Virus record (IMG/VR): IMGVR_UViG_3300014205_000170 | Location: 96,001-160,000 of that record | Direction: 5' to 3' (one strand) | Origin: a virus | Lineage: Duplodnaviria; Caudoviricetes | DNA: 64,000 bases | Part shown: positions 50,592 to 59,925 of the stretch, piece after piece | Layout of the letters: the number at the start of each line of letters is the position of its first letter | Position numbering within the stretch: the first letter of the stretch is position 1 | The notes under the pieces: generated by a model | Databases searched by the model: none | What the model saw: the letters and a program-made list of their open reading frames with translations, nothing else | What the model was told of the DNA's origin: nothing | Made by a program: the position numbers and the translations under genes

Positions 50592-51104
50592 ATGAATTTT
50601 CTAAGAAAATATATTCGTAAATTATTATCAGAAGCTATTCTGGACATCCATTACAGCGAAAGACTGTATGACAGATTAATAAACATGAGTACACAAAATG
50701 TTGGTTATGAAATTCCTGGTACTGTTGGAGAATATAAAATAATTGGCACTTATATTATTCCAGATAATATCAAAAGTCAAATTATAGAGAATGCAAAAAT
50801 AATTGAGAAATACAATTTTCCAAAAGCAAAATCTTTTGGTATATTAATAGCTAACATTATAATTGATAAAAATAAAGTAAATTATAATGCTCCGGAATTA
50901 AAAGCAGAAGCTGCTAATAAAGTCTTGGTTTTGGTTGATGAAAAAACTAATAGCAATGGAAATGTGGTTTATGCTATAGTTCGCGAAAACATTCTAAAGA
51001 CAATTTATTTTGCTAAGAGCTATGTCCCACAAGATGCTGCTAAATTAAGAGTTGATGTGATAGTAAAAAATATTGATACTATTAAAACTGGTAAGATTAG
51101 ATAG
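50592..51104 (+). CDS. hypothetical protein with putative virion-type leader (LRKYIRKLLSE)
   Basis: Inverted relative to its neighbours; amphipathic N-terminal leader ending L-x-E. Confidence 0.6.
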   Translation: MNFLRKYIRKLLSEAILDIHYSERLYDRLINMSTQNVGYEIPGTVGEYKIIGTYIIPDNIKSQIIENAKIIEKYNFPKAKSFGILIANIIIDKNKVNYNAPELKAEAANKVLVLVDEKTNSNGNVVYAIVRENILKTIYFAKSYVPQDAAKLRVDVIVKNIDTIKTGKIR

Positions 51105-51117
51105 TTTTAATGTTTCT

Positions 51118-51414
51118 TTAATAAGAACATTCTAATTTTACATTATCCTTTTCAATCCAAACTTCAATATAAAAATGATTTTTAGAGCTCGAATTTGTGT
51201 CCTGTTTTAAAAACTTTTGGTCTATTGAAAATGTCCAACAATCTATATTTTCATAATTAACATAATCAAAGGCCAAATCATCCTTATTAATAGAAACATA
51301 AATTCGAGGTTTATATTTAATGCGGCCTTCTTTCTTTCCTTTAGGAATTAATCCATATTGTAATATGGAATTACGATTTTTGCGCGGAGAAATATGATAT
51401 ACTGTTACTAACAT
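51118..51414 (-). CDS. small ADP-ribosyltransferase-fold (KptA/Tpt1-like) protein
   Basis: VYHIS...N..SIL..GLIP ... IYVS pattern. Confidence 0.5.
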   Translation of the reverse strand: MLVTVYHISPRKNRNSILQYGLIPKGKKEGRIKYKPRIYVSINKDDLAFDYVNYENIDCWTFSIDQKFLKQDTNSSSKNHFYIEVWIEKDNVKLECSY

Positions 51415-51639
51415 TTTATTTTATGTTGATGACAAAACCATTCTTGATTTCGCATATCAAAATTAGAGCCACTCGCTAAATGAGTGCAATTCATAACGGA
51501 AGCATGATTTACTATCATTTTAAGCCACCGGTTACAACCTGTTTCATCAGCTCTTTGATGAGAACATAATACCGGTATAATATCACCTTCCTTTACGGTA
51601 TCAATATCGTAGAGGTATTTTTTCCAAAGAGGTTTTTTA

Positions 51640-52089
51640 TTATTTTTTTTCGTTGACATTTTTTATAATATATGAATTCATTCCAAAATAACATGGTTCA
51701 ATACCCCACTCAATAAATTTCTTTTGCACAGCATTTTGATTTCTCACAGGATAACTATGGTCATGTTTCCAATATCCTTTGTTAGTTTCATTTTGAGGTT
51801 TGTCATACGGGATAAAAATAAATTCTCCAATACTACAATCAAGATTTGGATGAATATGAACGAACATTTTACCAATTCTTTTCTTCTTCATTGAATTTGT
51901 TTTTTTATCAAATTCCGTTTCAAAATCAAAAGTAACTGTTATATCTTCATCGTCAGCTTTGGTATAAGAACCATAATTTCCATTAAAATATGTAAAGTTG
52001 AAATCTGATTTTATTGCATCATCAAAATTCCAAATCATCTTAGCAATTTCAATGGCCTGTTCTGGTAAAATATCCTTTAAACCTTTCAT
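51640..52089 (-). CDS. hypothetical protein
   Basis: ORF directly after the ECF-type promoter. Confidence 0.6.
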   Translation of the reverse strand: MKGLKDILPEQAIEIAKMIWNFDDAIKSDFNFTYFNGNYGSYTKADDEDITVTFDFETEFDKKTNSMKKKRIGKMFVHIHPNLDCSIGEFIFIPYDKPQNETNKGYWKHDHSYPVRNQNAVQKKFIEWGIEPCYFGMNSYIIKNVNEKK

Positions 52090-52095
52090 ACTATT

Positions 52096-52123
52096 TTAAA
52101 CGAAAAATAGGCAAAAACGTTGC
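52096..52123 (-). promoter_or_regulatory. ECF-sigma-type promoter GCAAC-N16-CGTTTAA
   Basis: Reverse strand, 6 nt before the ATG at 52089. Confidence 0.75.
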
Positions 52124-52142
52124 ATTTTAACAAATTATTGGA

Positions 52143-52838
52143 TTAATCGCTAGTACTGTCAGTAATCATAGAATACATGATGGCAAATTGCTGTTCTGCC
52201 TCATCTAGAAGAGTGGCAAATTCTTTTGAGGTCAAATATTCTCTTTGGCGCATAATATCGTTACGATACAATCCTGTAAGAAAAGCACCTATTCCGGCTA
52301 ATACCTTTTTGTGAATCAAAAAGAAGTTAAGAACATGCATGTTGGATGCGGAAACCATTTTGTGAACACATGCGTATTCTTCTAATGAAAATATGCCATG
52401 TCCAATAAATGGGAACTTGAAAATAGTTGTTTTGTATTTACCAGCAAAACTTTGAGCCGTCATTATGTTCTCACAAAACTGATTAAAATCTAAAATTTCT
52501 GTATTAACAAATTCAATCTCCTTACAAGAATCAAAGATAATTTCAGTTTCCTGGTCCTCTGCTACTTCAATGTCTACTAAATAAGAATCGTAAACATATG
52601 CAGTTAGACTCTCTGAAATTTTGACTTTTTCTTTTTCAGAAGAAAAAACTAACCCTCCTGAATCTAAAATGTATTGTTCTATATTGGGATTTTCAAGGAT
52701 GGCTTTTTCAAGACCTAGTTTACAAATTCTTTTTGCAACTATATCACCTTCGGCTTTAGTACTTATTTTAAAAATATCAGCTACATCAACATCTAATTCT
52801 AGTCCTTTTCTTATGTTGAGTGTATCTAAACTAACCAT
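52143..52838 (-). CDS. hypothetical protein
   Basis: 231 aa ORF. Confidence 0.6.
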   Translation of the reverse strand: MVSLDTLNIRKGLELDVDVADIFKISTKAEGDIVAKRICKLGLEKAILENPNIEQYILDSGGLVFSSEKEKVKISESLTAYVYDSYLVDIEVAEDQETEIIFDSCKEIEFVNTEILDFNQFCENIMTAQSFAGKYKTTIFKFPFIGHGIFSLEEYACVHKMVSASNMHVLNFFLIHKKVLAGIGAFLTGLYRNDIMRQREYLTSKEFATLLDEAEQQFAIMYSMITDSTSD

Positions 52839-52842
52839 ATTA

Positions 52843-53445
52843 TTATGTAGAATAAAGCATTGGCCTTAACCGGTTATATTCAATTTTTTTAGTAAGGTGC
52901 TTTTCTATATCTATGTCGAAAAATTCAATAAGCGCTCCTAAGTGAAATAAAATATGCGAAAAACCATAGTCTTGGTCCTTATCAGAAGAAAACATACACA
53001 ATGCTAATGATTCATTTAACCAATGTGATACATTTTCTTTAAAATCATGATTTGGATTTACGTTCCGGAAAAAATAATTTAGTTCAGTTTCAGATAAATT
53101 GTCAAGCCATGGATGAACTGAAACTATATTGATATTTTTACCACCAAACAAATCAGTAATTCTTAAAATTACATTCGCAATTTCATCTTCAAATGTATCT
53201 TTAATATATTCTTTGTAAATTTTACGCGTACCTTCATTTTGATTATCATTAGAATTTTCTAATTGACCTATCATTGCATCAAATTTGGACCAATTAGCTC
53301 TTCGACCTTTTTTGTAAGCCTTTGCAATATCACCAATATTAGAAAAAATGTATAACATTTCTTCTTTTAAATCTTTTTCTTTTTCCCAAAATCCATGGTC
53401 TTTGCCAAGTGTATGAGATGCTTCTATAAGAATGTGGATATTCAT
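52843..53445 (-). CDS. degenerate MazG-like NTP pyrophosphohydrolase
   Basis: HGFWE, EDEIANVILRITDL, DIEKH...K..YNR.RP; several acidic catalytic positions substituted. Confidence 0.6.
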   Translation of the reverse strand: MNIHILIEASHTLGKDHGFWEKEKDLKEEMLYIFSNIGDIAKAYKKGRRANWSKFDAMIGQLENSNDNQNEGTRKIYKEYIKDTFEDEIANVILRITDLFGGKNINIVSVHPWLDNLSETELNYFFRNVNPNHDFKENVSHWLNESLALCMFSSDKDQDYGFSHILFHLGALIEFFDIDIEKHLTKKIEYNRLRPMLYST

Positions 53446-53448
53446 TTT

Positions 53449-54282
53449 TTAATAAGCGATTGGTTGTGATTTATGAACTGTTGGGTGGTTAGAAAAATTA
53501 GATTTTTTTAATTCTATTAAATCAATGTAAGTGTCAGAATTTGCAACTTTTCCTCCTTGATATATGGTTCTATATTTTCTATTTTGAAGAAACATAGGAA
53601 CTTCTGCATTTAAGGTAATGAATTTTTTGTTATATGGATAAGACCTACCTTCTGGTAATTCACCTTCCATTGAACCTGTGTGTTCGTAAATGAAGGTGTG
53701 GTCAGATTCTACTGCCGAATCTATTTTTGGAGCTTTGCCATCATGTCCATCCATTGTTGGAAAATAAAGGAACTCTGTAAAAAATGGCTTATATTCAAAA
53801 GCGATTGGTTGTGCATCAATAGTTTTTTCAGAATCAAAAGTACAAATAGCAAATGACCACCCAGCATATTTGTTTTGGAAAAAGTTTTGTAATTCTTCAG
53901 AGACTACTGGTCTTTTGTTTTCAGGCAATTCATTAATAAATTGCTTAATACCATCAAAATCATTTGATAAACCAACACTATACATTCCAAGCTCAAATTT
54001 CTCTAATGTTGAAATACCTTTTGCGCTTCTTGAAATCAGACCTAAATAATTTTTCATAAAATCACTATTATCAGTAATTTCATCTAAAAATTCTTTATAA
54101 GATTCTGTATTGTGGAACCATTCAGGTTTAGTTTCTCCTGGAATTGGTAAAATCATAGCATTTGGCTTCCCTGATAAATTTACCACTGTATTGCTATAAG
54201 CTATAAAGTGATTTCCGCTTTCAAGTGTTAAGGAAAGAATTTTTGTTTTAGAAAGTTTCGCATGATTTACTGTAATACACAT
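53449..54282 (-). CDS. hypothetical protein
   Basis: MC...AY.N.V.N.....NAMILP.P ... LYFPT.D.HDG pattern. Confidence 0.65.
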   Translation of the reverse strand: MCITVNHAKLSKTKILSLTLESGNHFIAYSNTVVNLSGKPNAMILPIPGETKPEWFHNTESYKEFLDEITDNSDFMKNYLGLISRSAKGISTLEKFELGMYSVGLSNDFDGIKQFINELPENKRPVVSEELQNFFQNKYAGWSFAICTFDSEKTIDAQPIAFEYKPFFTEFLYFPTMDGHDGKAPKIDSAVESDHTFIYEHTGSMEGELPEGRSYPYNKKFITLNAEVPMFLQNRKYRTIYQGGKVANSDTYIDLIELKKSNFSNHPTVHKSQPIAY

Positions 54283-55681
54283 ATAATTTTTTTATTTTAA
54301 ATTTATTTGTTCTTTAACTAAGGAATCAAACATACTCACACCCGTATTTGTAGAAATTCCCCACTTATGTTTGCCATCTCTTGGAAAGAAATAAAATCCA
54401 CGAACAGTCTTTTGTTCAATTGGGAAATTTTTACTAAGTCTTACTTTGATAGTATTACCAACTTTAACTACTGGATGTTTATCTAATGTTTTTTCTAAAT
54501 CAGTATAAACTTTTTTAATCCATTCTTCTCCTTTTTTCAAAGTAACATTAAGGCTTTTCTCAAATTGTTCTATAACAACTTTCTTTTTTGAAAAATCCAT
54601 TTTGTTATCCCATTCTTCTTGCATTACAAGGCTAATCTCTAAAAAATCTTTAAAGTTTATTTTTTTAGGAATTTCAATCAACGTTATAGATGTATTCAAA
54701 CTTTTTATATAAAGACCAACGTTAATTGCTTTTATACCGCAATCTTTGGGGTCTGCTTTTTTTAATTCAGACAATGTAAAATCATCGCCGATAATTGTTC
54801 CATAAGGAATAGAGGACTTTATAAGACCTTTATTTTTTAAAAGTTGGAGAATATAATTTAATTCTCTATTGGTTTTTATTGGTGTATGAAAATTTAATTG
54901 CATAGAACTTTTATTCTTCTTTTAAATGAATTTTATCTCTGCTCAACAAATCTACACACAACAAAATAATTCCATTCATTAGTTCAAGACCAAATTGCGT
55001 TTCATCTTCAATTTCTTTAACTAATTCATTTCCGGTATAAGAACGTTTTCCTTTTGTAAGTAATACTTTATCTTCACCTCTCTTTTTGTAGGTGGATATC
55101 ATTTTATTTTTTAATGCTTCAAAAGATTCTTGTTTCATTTTTTTTATTTTATTTTTTTCTTCATATTACTTAAAAATCTAGCAGGACTTTCAATAACTTT
55201 AAAATGTTCATAGAATCTTTCTTCTGAAACTGCGTTTACATAACCCTTATCTCCTTTTTCAAAAATACGAAGAATTGCACATTCATTTGAAAAATCTACT
55301 TTAAAAAAATCAAAAACTTTTAAATCATCTAGTCCTTCATCGTATGGTAGTTTTTTAATATATTGATATAATTCAAAACCACCAAGATAAATTTTTAACT
55401 CTTTCAAATCAATTTTACACAATTCTTCTAAGGATACACCATCTCTTCTTTGTTTTATTGTTTTTTTACCTTCAAGAATATCCAACACATCCTCATAGAA
55501 ATCGACCGGAGAAGAGAGAACGCTTTCCCAATCTCTCAAGATTGCAGAAGAACCATTATCATCAAATTTCTTAAAAACGAATTTAGCTTGGTCTAACCTT
55601 CCTCTACAATACAGTATTGCTCCTTTTTTGCCATACCTCTTTAATAATGAATTTGCGGTATTTTTTGGGTTGGTCATAATT

Positions 55682-56176
55682 TTACTTAAATGAGTCTTTA
55701 AATTTTTGATTAAAATTACTTAAATCTGATGAAAGTTCAAAATTATTGTTTTGAACGTCTGTTTTCTCTTCTTCAATATCTGGTGTGATTTTTAAACGTC
55801 TAAAAACGATTTGTTTTTTTTCTATAAACGAGAACACAAAAGACAATAGTATCGCAATTGACCCTAGCATAAAACATAATTTAGCTAAATCTAATGCAAT
55901 AATGGTACTATGAGATTCTTCTTCTAATGGTAAATCACTTATCATCCAAAAAGAATTCATTATAGACCAAATCCAAACAGCAACATAATTAAAACGTTCA
56001 CTATATCTAATGTTTTTTGTTGAAAAAATATTCATTACTGCTATTCCTAAAAAAGCAACAACAGTTAACATACAACATACTGCTATGCCATATTCTTTGG
56101 ATAACCAGCAAAAATCCATGATTAACCACGAAATGGTTCCTATAACTTCCGGAATTTGGAAAGATTTTTTATTCAT
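55682..56176 (-). CDS. membrane protein
   Basis: About four hydrophobic segments with repeated W..M..FW. Confidence 0.6.
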   Translation of the reverse strand: MNKKSFQIPEVIGTISWLIMDFCWLSKEYGIAVCCMLTVVAFLGIAVMNIFSTKNIRYSERFNYVAVWIWSIMNSFWMISDLPLEEESHSTIIALDLAKLCFMLGSIAILLSFVFSFIEKKQIVFRRLKITPDIEEEKTDVQNNNFELSSDLSNFNQKFKDSFK

Positions 56177-56598
56177 TGTTCTTCCTTAATTTTATCTTTT
56201 AATGTTTTTTCGTACAATTTTATAGAATAATATCCAGAAATAGTAGAACCAACAAACATTATTGTTCCCCAAAACCACAAATCAAAAGTATCATGAGTTT
56301 GCTCATAATATCTTTTGATACCAACTGTTTCAAAAAGTAATGTTACAATAAGAACATACCAACAAAAATATTTTAAATTTTTTAAAAAATCGTTAATATA
56401 TTTTTTCATTTACACTTATTTACTTCTTTTAAAGAATCAATTTTCCATTGATAATGTAATTGCTCAGTATGTTCCTTTTCAATTTGAACTTTAGCATTTT
56501 GAATAACTGTTTCTTTTGTAACATCAATTGGTGTTGTACAACTCACTATAAATAATGCCACTGTTAATATTAATAATTGTTTTTTCATGTTATTGTTT

Positions 56599-57849
56599 TT
56601 AAGGTGTTAACCGGTCAATATCTCTTGGAAATAAAGTTGCAGCTTTAACACTATCTAAACCACAGATTTTTGCAGTTAATCTTTCAAGTCCAATGGCAAA
56701 ACCACCATGAAGAGGCATTCCATATTTAAACGCTTCCAAATACCCTTCAAATGCTTCGATATTCATTTTAGACGCAGATAAAGTTTCAATATAATCTTCA
56801 TATTTTTCTTTTCTTTGACCTCCAGAAGTAATTTCTATGCCTTTGTAAATTAAATCAAAACTTTCCGTCGTAATTCCATCAGGAGATAATTTTGTATAAA
56901 AAGGTCTTACATCTCTGTGATAATGGGTGGCAAAAACATAATGAGTGTCATGTTTTTCAAACGCATATTTAGCAATTTCTCTTTCTTCTTCTGATGACAT
57001 ATCCAATCCGGACGTACCTAAAATTTCTTTTATCTCACTTACTTTTAAAGTAAAAGCTTCAAAAGGGTTTTCTATAAAAGGAACTGCATTTAAAAAAATA
57101 CCTAAAAATTCTAGTTCTTTTTTTGCATGCGATTTTAAATTGTCAGTAATAGTAAACAAGATTCTTTTCTCTAGTTGAATTAATTCTGTAAAATTTTGAA
57201 ACAGAATAGTTTCAACATCAAGAGATAAATATTCATTTAAATGTCTTGATGAAGCATGTTTTTCAGCTCTAAATACAGGAGCTGTTTCATACACTTTACC
57301 AAAAACTCCACACATTATTTGTTTGTATAATTGTGGCGATTGTGCCAAGTAAGCTTCTTTATTAAAATAATCTAACTTAAATACATTTGTTCCACCTTCT
57401 GCTCCATTAGCCACAATTTTAGGAGTAGATATAGAAATATATCCTTCTTCACTTAAAAAATTTCTAAATGAATTTTGAATAATAGATTGAATTTTAAAAA
57501 TACATTTATTTTTTTCATTTCTAAGAGTTAATGCTCTGTGGTCAAAAATTAGATGTGTATCAGCATTAATATCTTTTTCGTAAATATTAATATTTGGAAC
57601 CGCAGAAGGTTGAGAAAGAATTTCAAAAGAAATTACATTAATTTCCACATCAGAAATAACCAATTCTTTTTTTATCTGTGAAGGAACTTCTTCTCCAACA
57701 ATTTTAACATAAGATTCAGATTTAATAGATTTAATGTTTATGTTTTTAAGCACACATTGATATTGCCCTTTAAAAGTTTCTAAAATAAGAAAACCTCCCC
57801 ATTTAAATTCTTTTTTTTCTCGAACAATTCCGTAGAAATTCTTTTCCAT
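56599..57849 (-). CDS. aspS: aspartyl-tRNA synthetase, short non-discriminating (archaeal/eukaryal-like) type
   Basis: TPKI...GAEGG..VF, YLAQSPQLYKQ, FRAEK..SSRHLNEY.SLDVE, RPFYT, EITSGGQR, HGGFAIGLERL, LFPRD..RLTP. Confidence 0.92.
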   Translation of the reverse strand: MEKNFYGIVREKKEFKWGGFLILETFKGQYQCVLKNINIKSIKSESYVKIVGEEVPSQIKKELVISDVEINVISFEILSQPSAVPNINIYEKDINADTHLIFDHRALTLRNEKNKCIFKIQSIIQNSFRNFLSEEGYISISTPKIVANGAEGGTNVFKLDYFNKEAYLAQSPQLYKQIMCGVFGKVYETAPVFRAEKHASSRHLNEYLSLDVETILFQNFTELIQLEKRILFTITDNLKSHAKKELEFLGIFLNAVPFIENPFEAFTLKVSEIKEILGTSGLDMSSEEEREIAKYAFEKHDTHYVFATHYHRDVRPFYTKLSPDGITTESFDLIYKGIEITSGGQRKEKYEDYIETLSASKMNIEAFEGYLEAFKYGMPLHGGFAIGLERLTAKICGLDSVKAATLFPRDIDRLTP

Positions 57850-58201
57850 TAAGATTGCTTTTTTATTTTATTTAATTCATTACATTTGGCTTCTGCTTGA
57901 GTTGCAGTGTCAAAATATTCCAAAGCTATCGCGATTGTACCGGTGTCTGTTTTATTTCCAATAATCCAACTTTGTGAACCAACATCATAACCATAATCAG
58001 TTTGCAAAGCTAATGTTACTTGTTTTGTTGGTATATTACCCCACTCTCCATTGGCGTAATGAATAAGAAGTGTGCCAAAAGACATTCCGCGCCCAACACT
58101 TTGAATTCTTTGCCATGAACCATCTTCAAGTTGTACAGTATGAAAAGAAGTTAGTTTGCTAACGAGAATTTCAATCGTTCTATCTTTTTTTTGTGTTTGT
58201 A

Positions 58202-58582
58202 TCATAATTTCCAACTTGCTTTGATAGCTTCCTCTTTTGAAGAACCTATAATTTTATATAAATCATTTGGATGCATTCCAGGTTCCCATTCTTTCCCTTT
58301 TGTAATATGAAATTTCTCTGCTTTCATATGACAACTATCATCTTCGAAATGACTTTGTAATTCAACGCGATTAGGCTGATGATATTTACAAAGTGATATA
58401 CCGTTTTCTTTAACATAACCGCCATTTGGCATATCACTACGGTCAGTAATGTGATGAGCATCTAAATATTTTTCTGCTTCATCTTTAGTATAATGAAATC
58501 CACATTGCTTGCATGTGCATTTGTCGCGTTTAAAAACATCTTCTTTGAATTTTTTCCTTATTTCCTTTTTGTTAGAAGACAT
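58202..58582 (-). CDS. HNH endonuclease
   Basis: VFKRD...C..CG ... LDAHHI ... NGISLC ... CH. Confidence 0.8.
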   Translation of the reverse strand: MSSNKKEIRKKFKEDVFKRDKCTCKQCGFHYTKDEAEKYLDAHHITDRSDMPNGGYVKENGISLCKYHQPNRVELQSHFEDDSCHMKAEKFHITKGKEWEPGMHPNDLYKIIGSSKEEAIKASWKL

Positions 58583-58858
58583 AATTTACTTTACAAATTC
58601 CCATTTAATTGTATCAAGCCCAGAAAAGCCATTAAGGGTTGGTAAAATATTCATTGTCCACCAAGCCGTAAAACAAGCTATGTCTTGTGCGATAACATTA
58701 AATGGAATTTCAACCATATCTTTTCCGCGCAGAATAGGGGTTACTTTTACTCCTTGAGATAAATCAATGCAACTTTCAAAATTAAAATAATTGCACATGT
58801 GTGTCAATTTTTTTTTACGTTCTTCTGTTGTGATATAAGCAGCCATTTATTTCTTGAG

Positions 58859-59770
58859 TTAAATTCCAAATTCATTAGATAAATCCATCATAGTTTTGTA
58901 AAGTTCATTACAAAGTTCTTGAGGGTCTTCTATCTTTTTGATTTTTTTCACCTTCTCATTGTAGATGTCGATGAATTTTTGATTATTTTTAGTTTTTCTT
59001 GCTGTAACGTAAGTATGTATGAACTTTGCAAAGTTTTCTTTGAAGTCCATGGTGTTGTTTAAAGCATCCCATTCTTCCGGAGTATACAAAACTATACCAG
59101 CATCTTCAAAAGTATAATAAAGAGAACCCATTGGTCCTTTACGATTCTTTTTACCCCAAGACATTGTTCTGGTGTTCAATTTTTTATCATACACCATATC
59201 AATATGAGCATCCATCATTTGAATAATGGTATTTCTTCCGGCAAATTCACCTTCTTTAGTGTTATGGCCAATCAAAAATAATACAGCTTCATTATCGGCA
59301 ACCCATTTTCTTAAGGTTTTCACAATATAATTACAAGCATCTTCTTCTGAAATATCAGAAAAATCATACATTGCAATTGCTTGAACAGAATCCACAATCA
59401 CCACTTTAGGTTTTAAAACATCAAGTTCAGCTAAAAAATCAGAAAAATGAGGGTGAGATTGCTCATCGCAAATATGAGCATTTGTATGTTTAATATTTTC
59501 TATCACGTTTGAAGTTTGTTCACAAATGTCTTGTGATTCAACTTCTCTTTCATATAAACAAGTTGGAACCTCTGATAACCAATTCATTAAATTAATCATC
59601 AAAGTGGTTTTTCCGGCACCAGATGTGCCTGAAAGATAAATTGCAGAACGTAATACCATTCCACCTTTTCTTGAAAACCAAGTATCAAATTTCGCATTGC
59701 CCGTTTTTAAAGTTGGCACATCAAGGACTTTAACGTCTTGAAGTTTCTTACTTTTTGTCATTGTTTCCAT
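58859..59770 (-). CDS. RadA/Sms-like RecA-fold ATPase
   Basis: TG...FD, GTSGAGKTT (Walker A), VIVDSVQ (Walker B), IGHNTKEGEFAG, KNR.G. Confidence 0.8.
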   Translation of the reverse strand: METMTKSKKLQDVKVLDVPTLKTGNAKFDTWFSRKGGMVLRSAIYLSGTSGAGKTTLMINLMNWLSEVPTCLYEREVESQDICEQTSNVIENIKHTNAHICDEQSHPHFSDFLAELDVLKPKVVIVDSVQAIAMYDFSDISEEDACNYIVKTLRKWVADNEAVLFLIGHNTKEGEFAGRNTIIQMMDAHIDMVYDKKLNTRTMSWGKKNRKGPMGSLYYTFEDAGIVLYTPEEWDALNNTMDFKENFAKFIHTYVTARKTKNNQKFIDIYNEKVKKIKKIEDPQELCNELYKTMMDLSNEFGI

Positions 59771-59789
59771 TTGTTTGCTCTTTTATAAT

Positions 59790-59817
59790 TTAAACGATTC
59801 TTTAAATAAAAGGTTAC
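59790..59817 (-). promoter_or_regulatory. ECF-sigma-type promoter GTAAC-N16-CGTTTAA
   Basis: Reverse strand, upstream of the RadA-like gene. Confidence 0.72.
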
Positions 59818-59885
59818 AAACGAATGTTAAATATTTAATAATGCCATTTCACTCACCACAGCCCATTGTTCCAGATTTGCCCAAC

Positions 59886-59892
59886 TATTTAT
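59886..59892 (+). promoter_or_regulatory. putative late promoter TATTTAT
   Basis: Intergenic, upstream of the inverted prsW gene. Confidence 0.4.
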
Positions 59893-59925
59893 AGGTAACA
59901 ACAAGTAGCTAAAATTGTTAAAATC

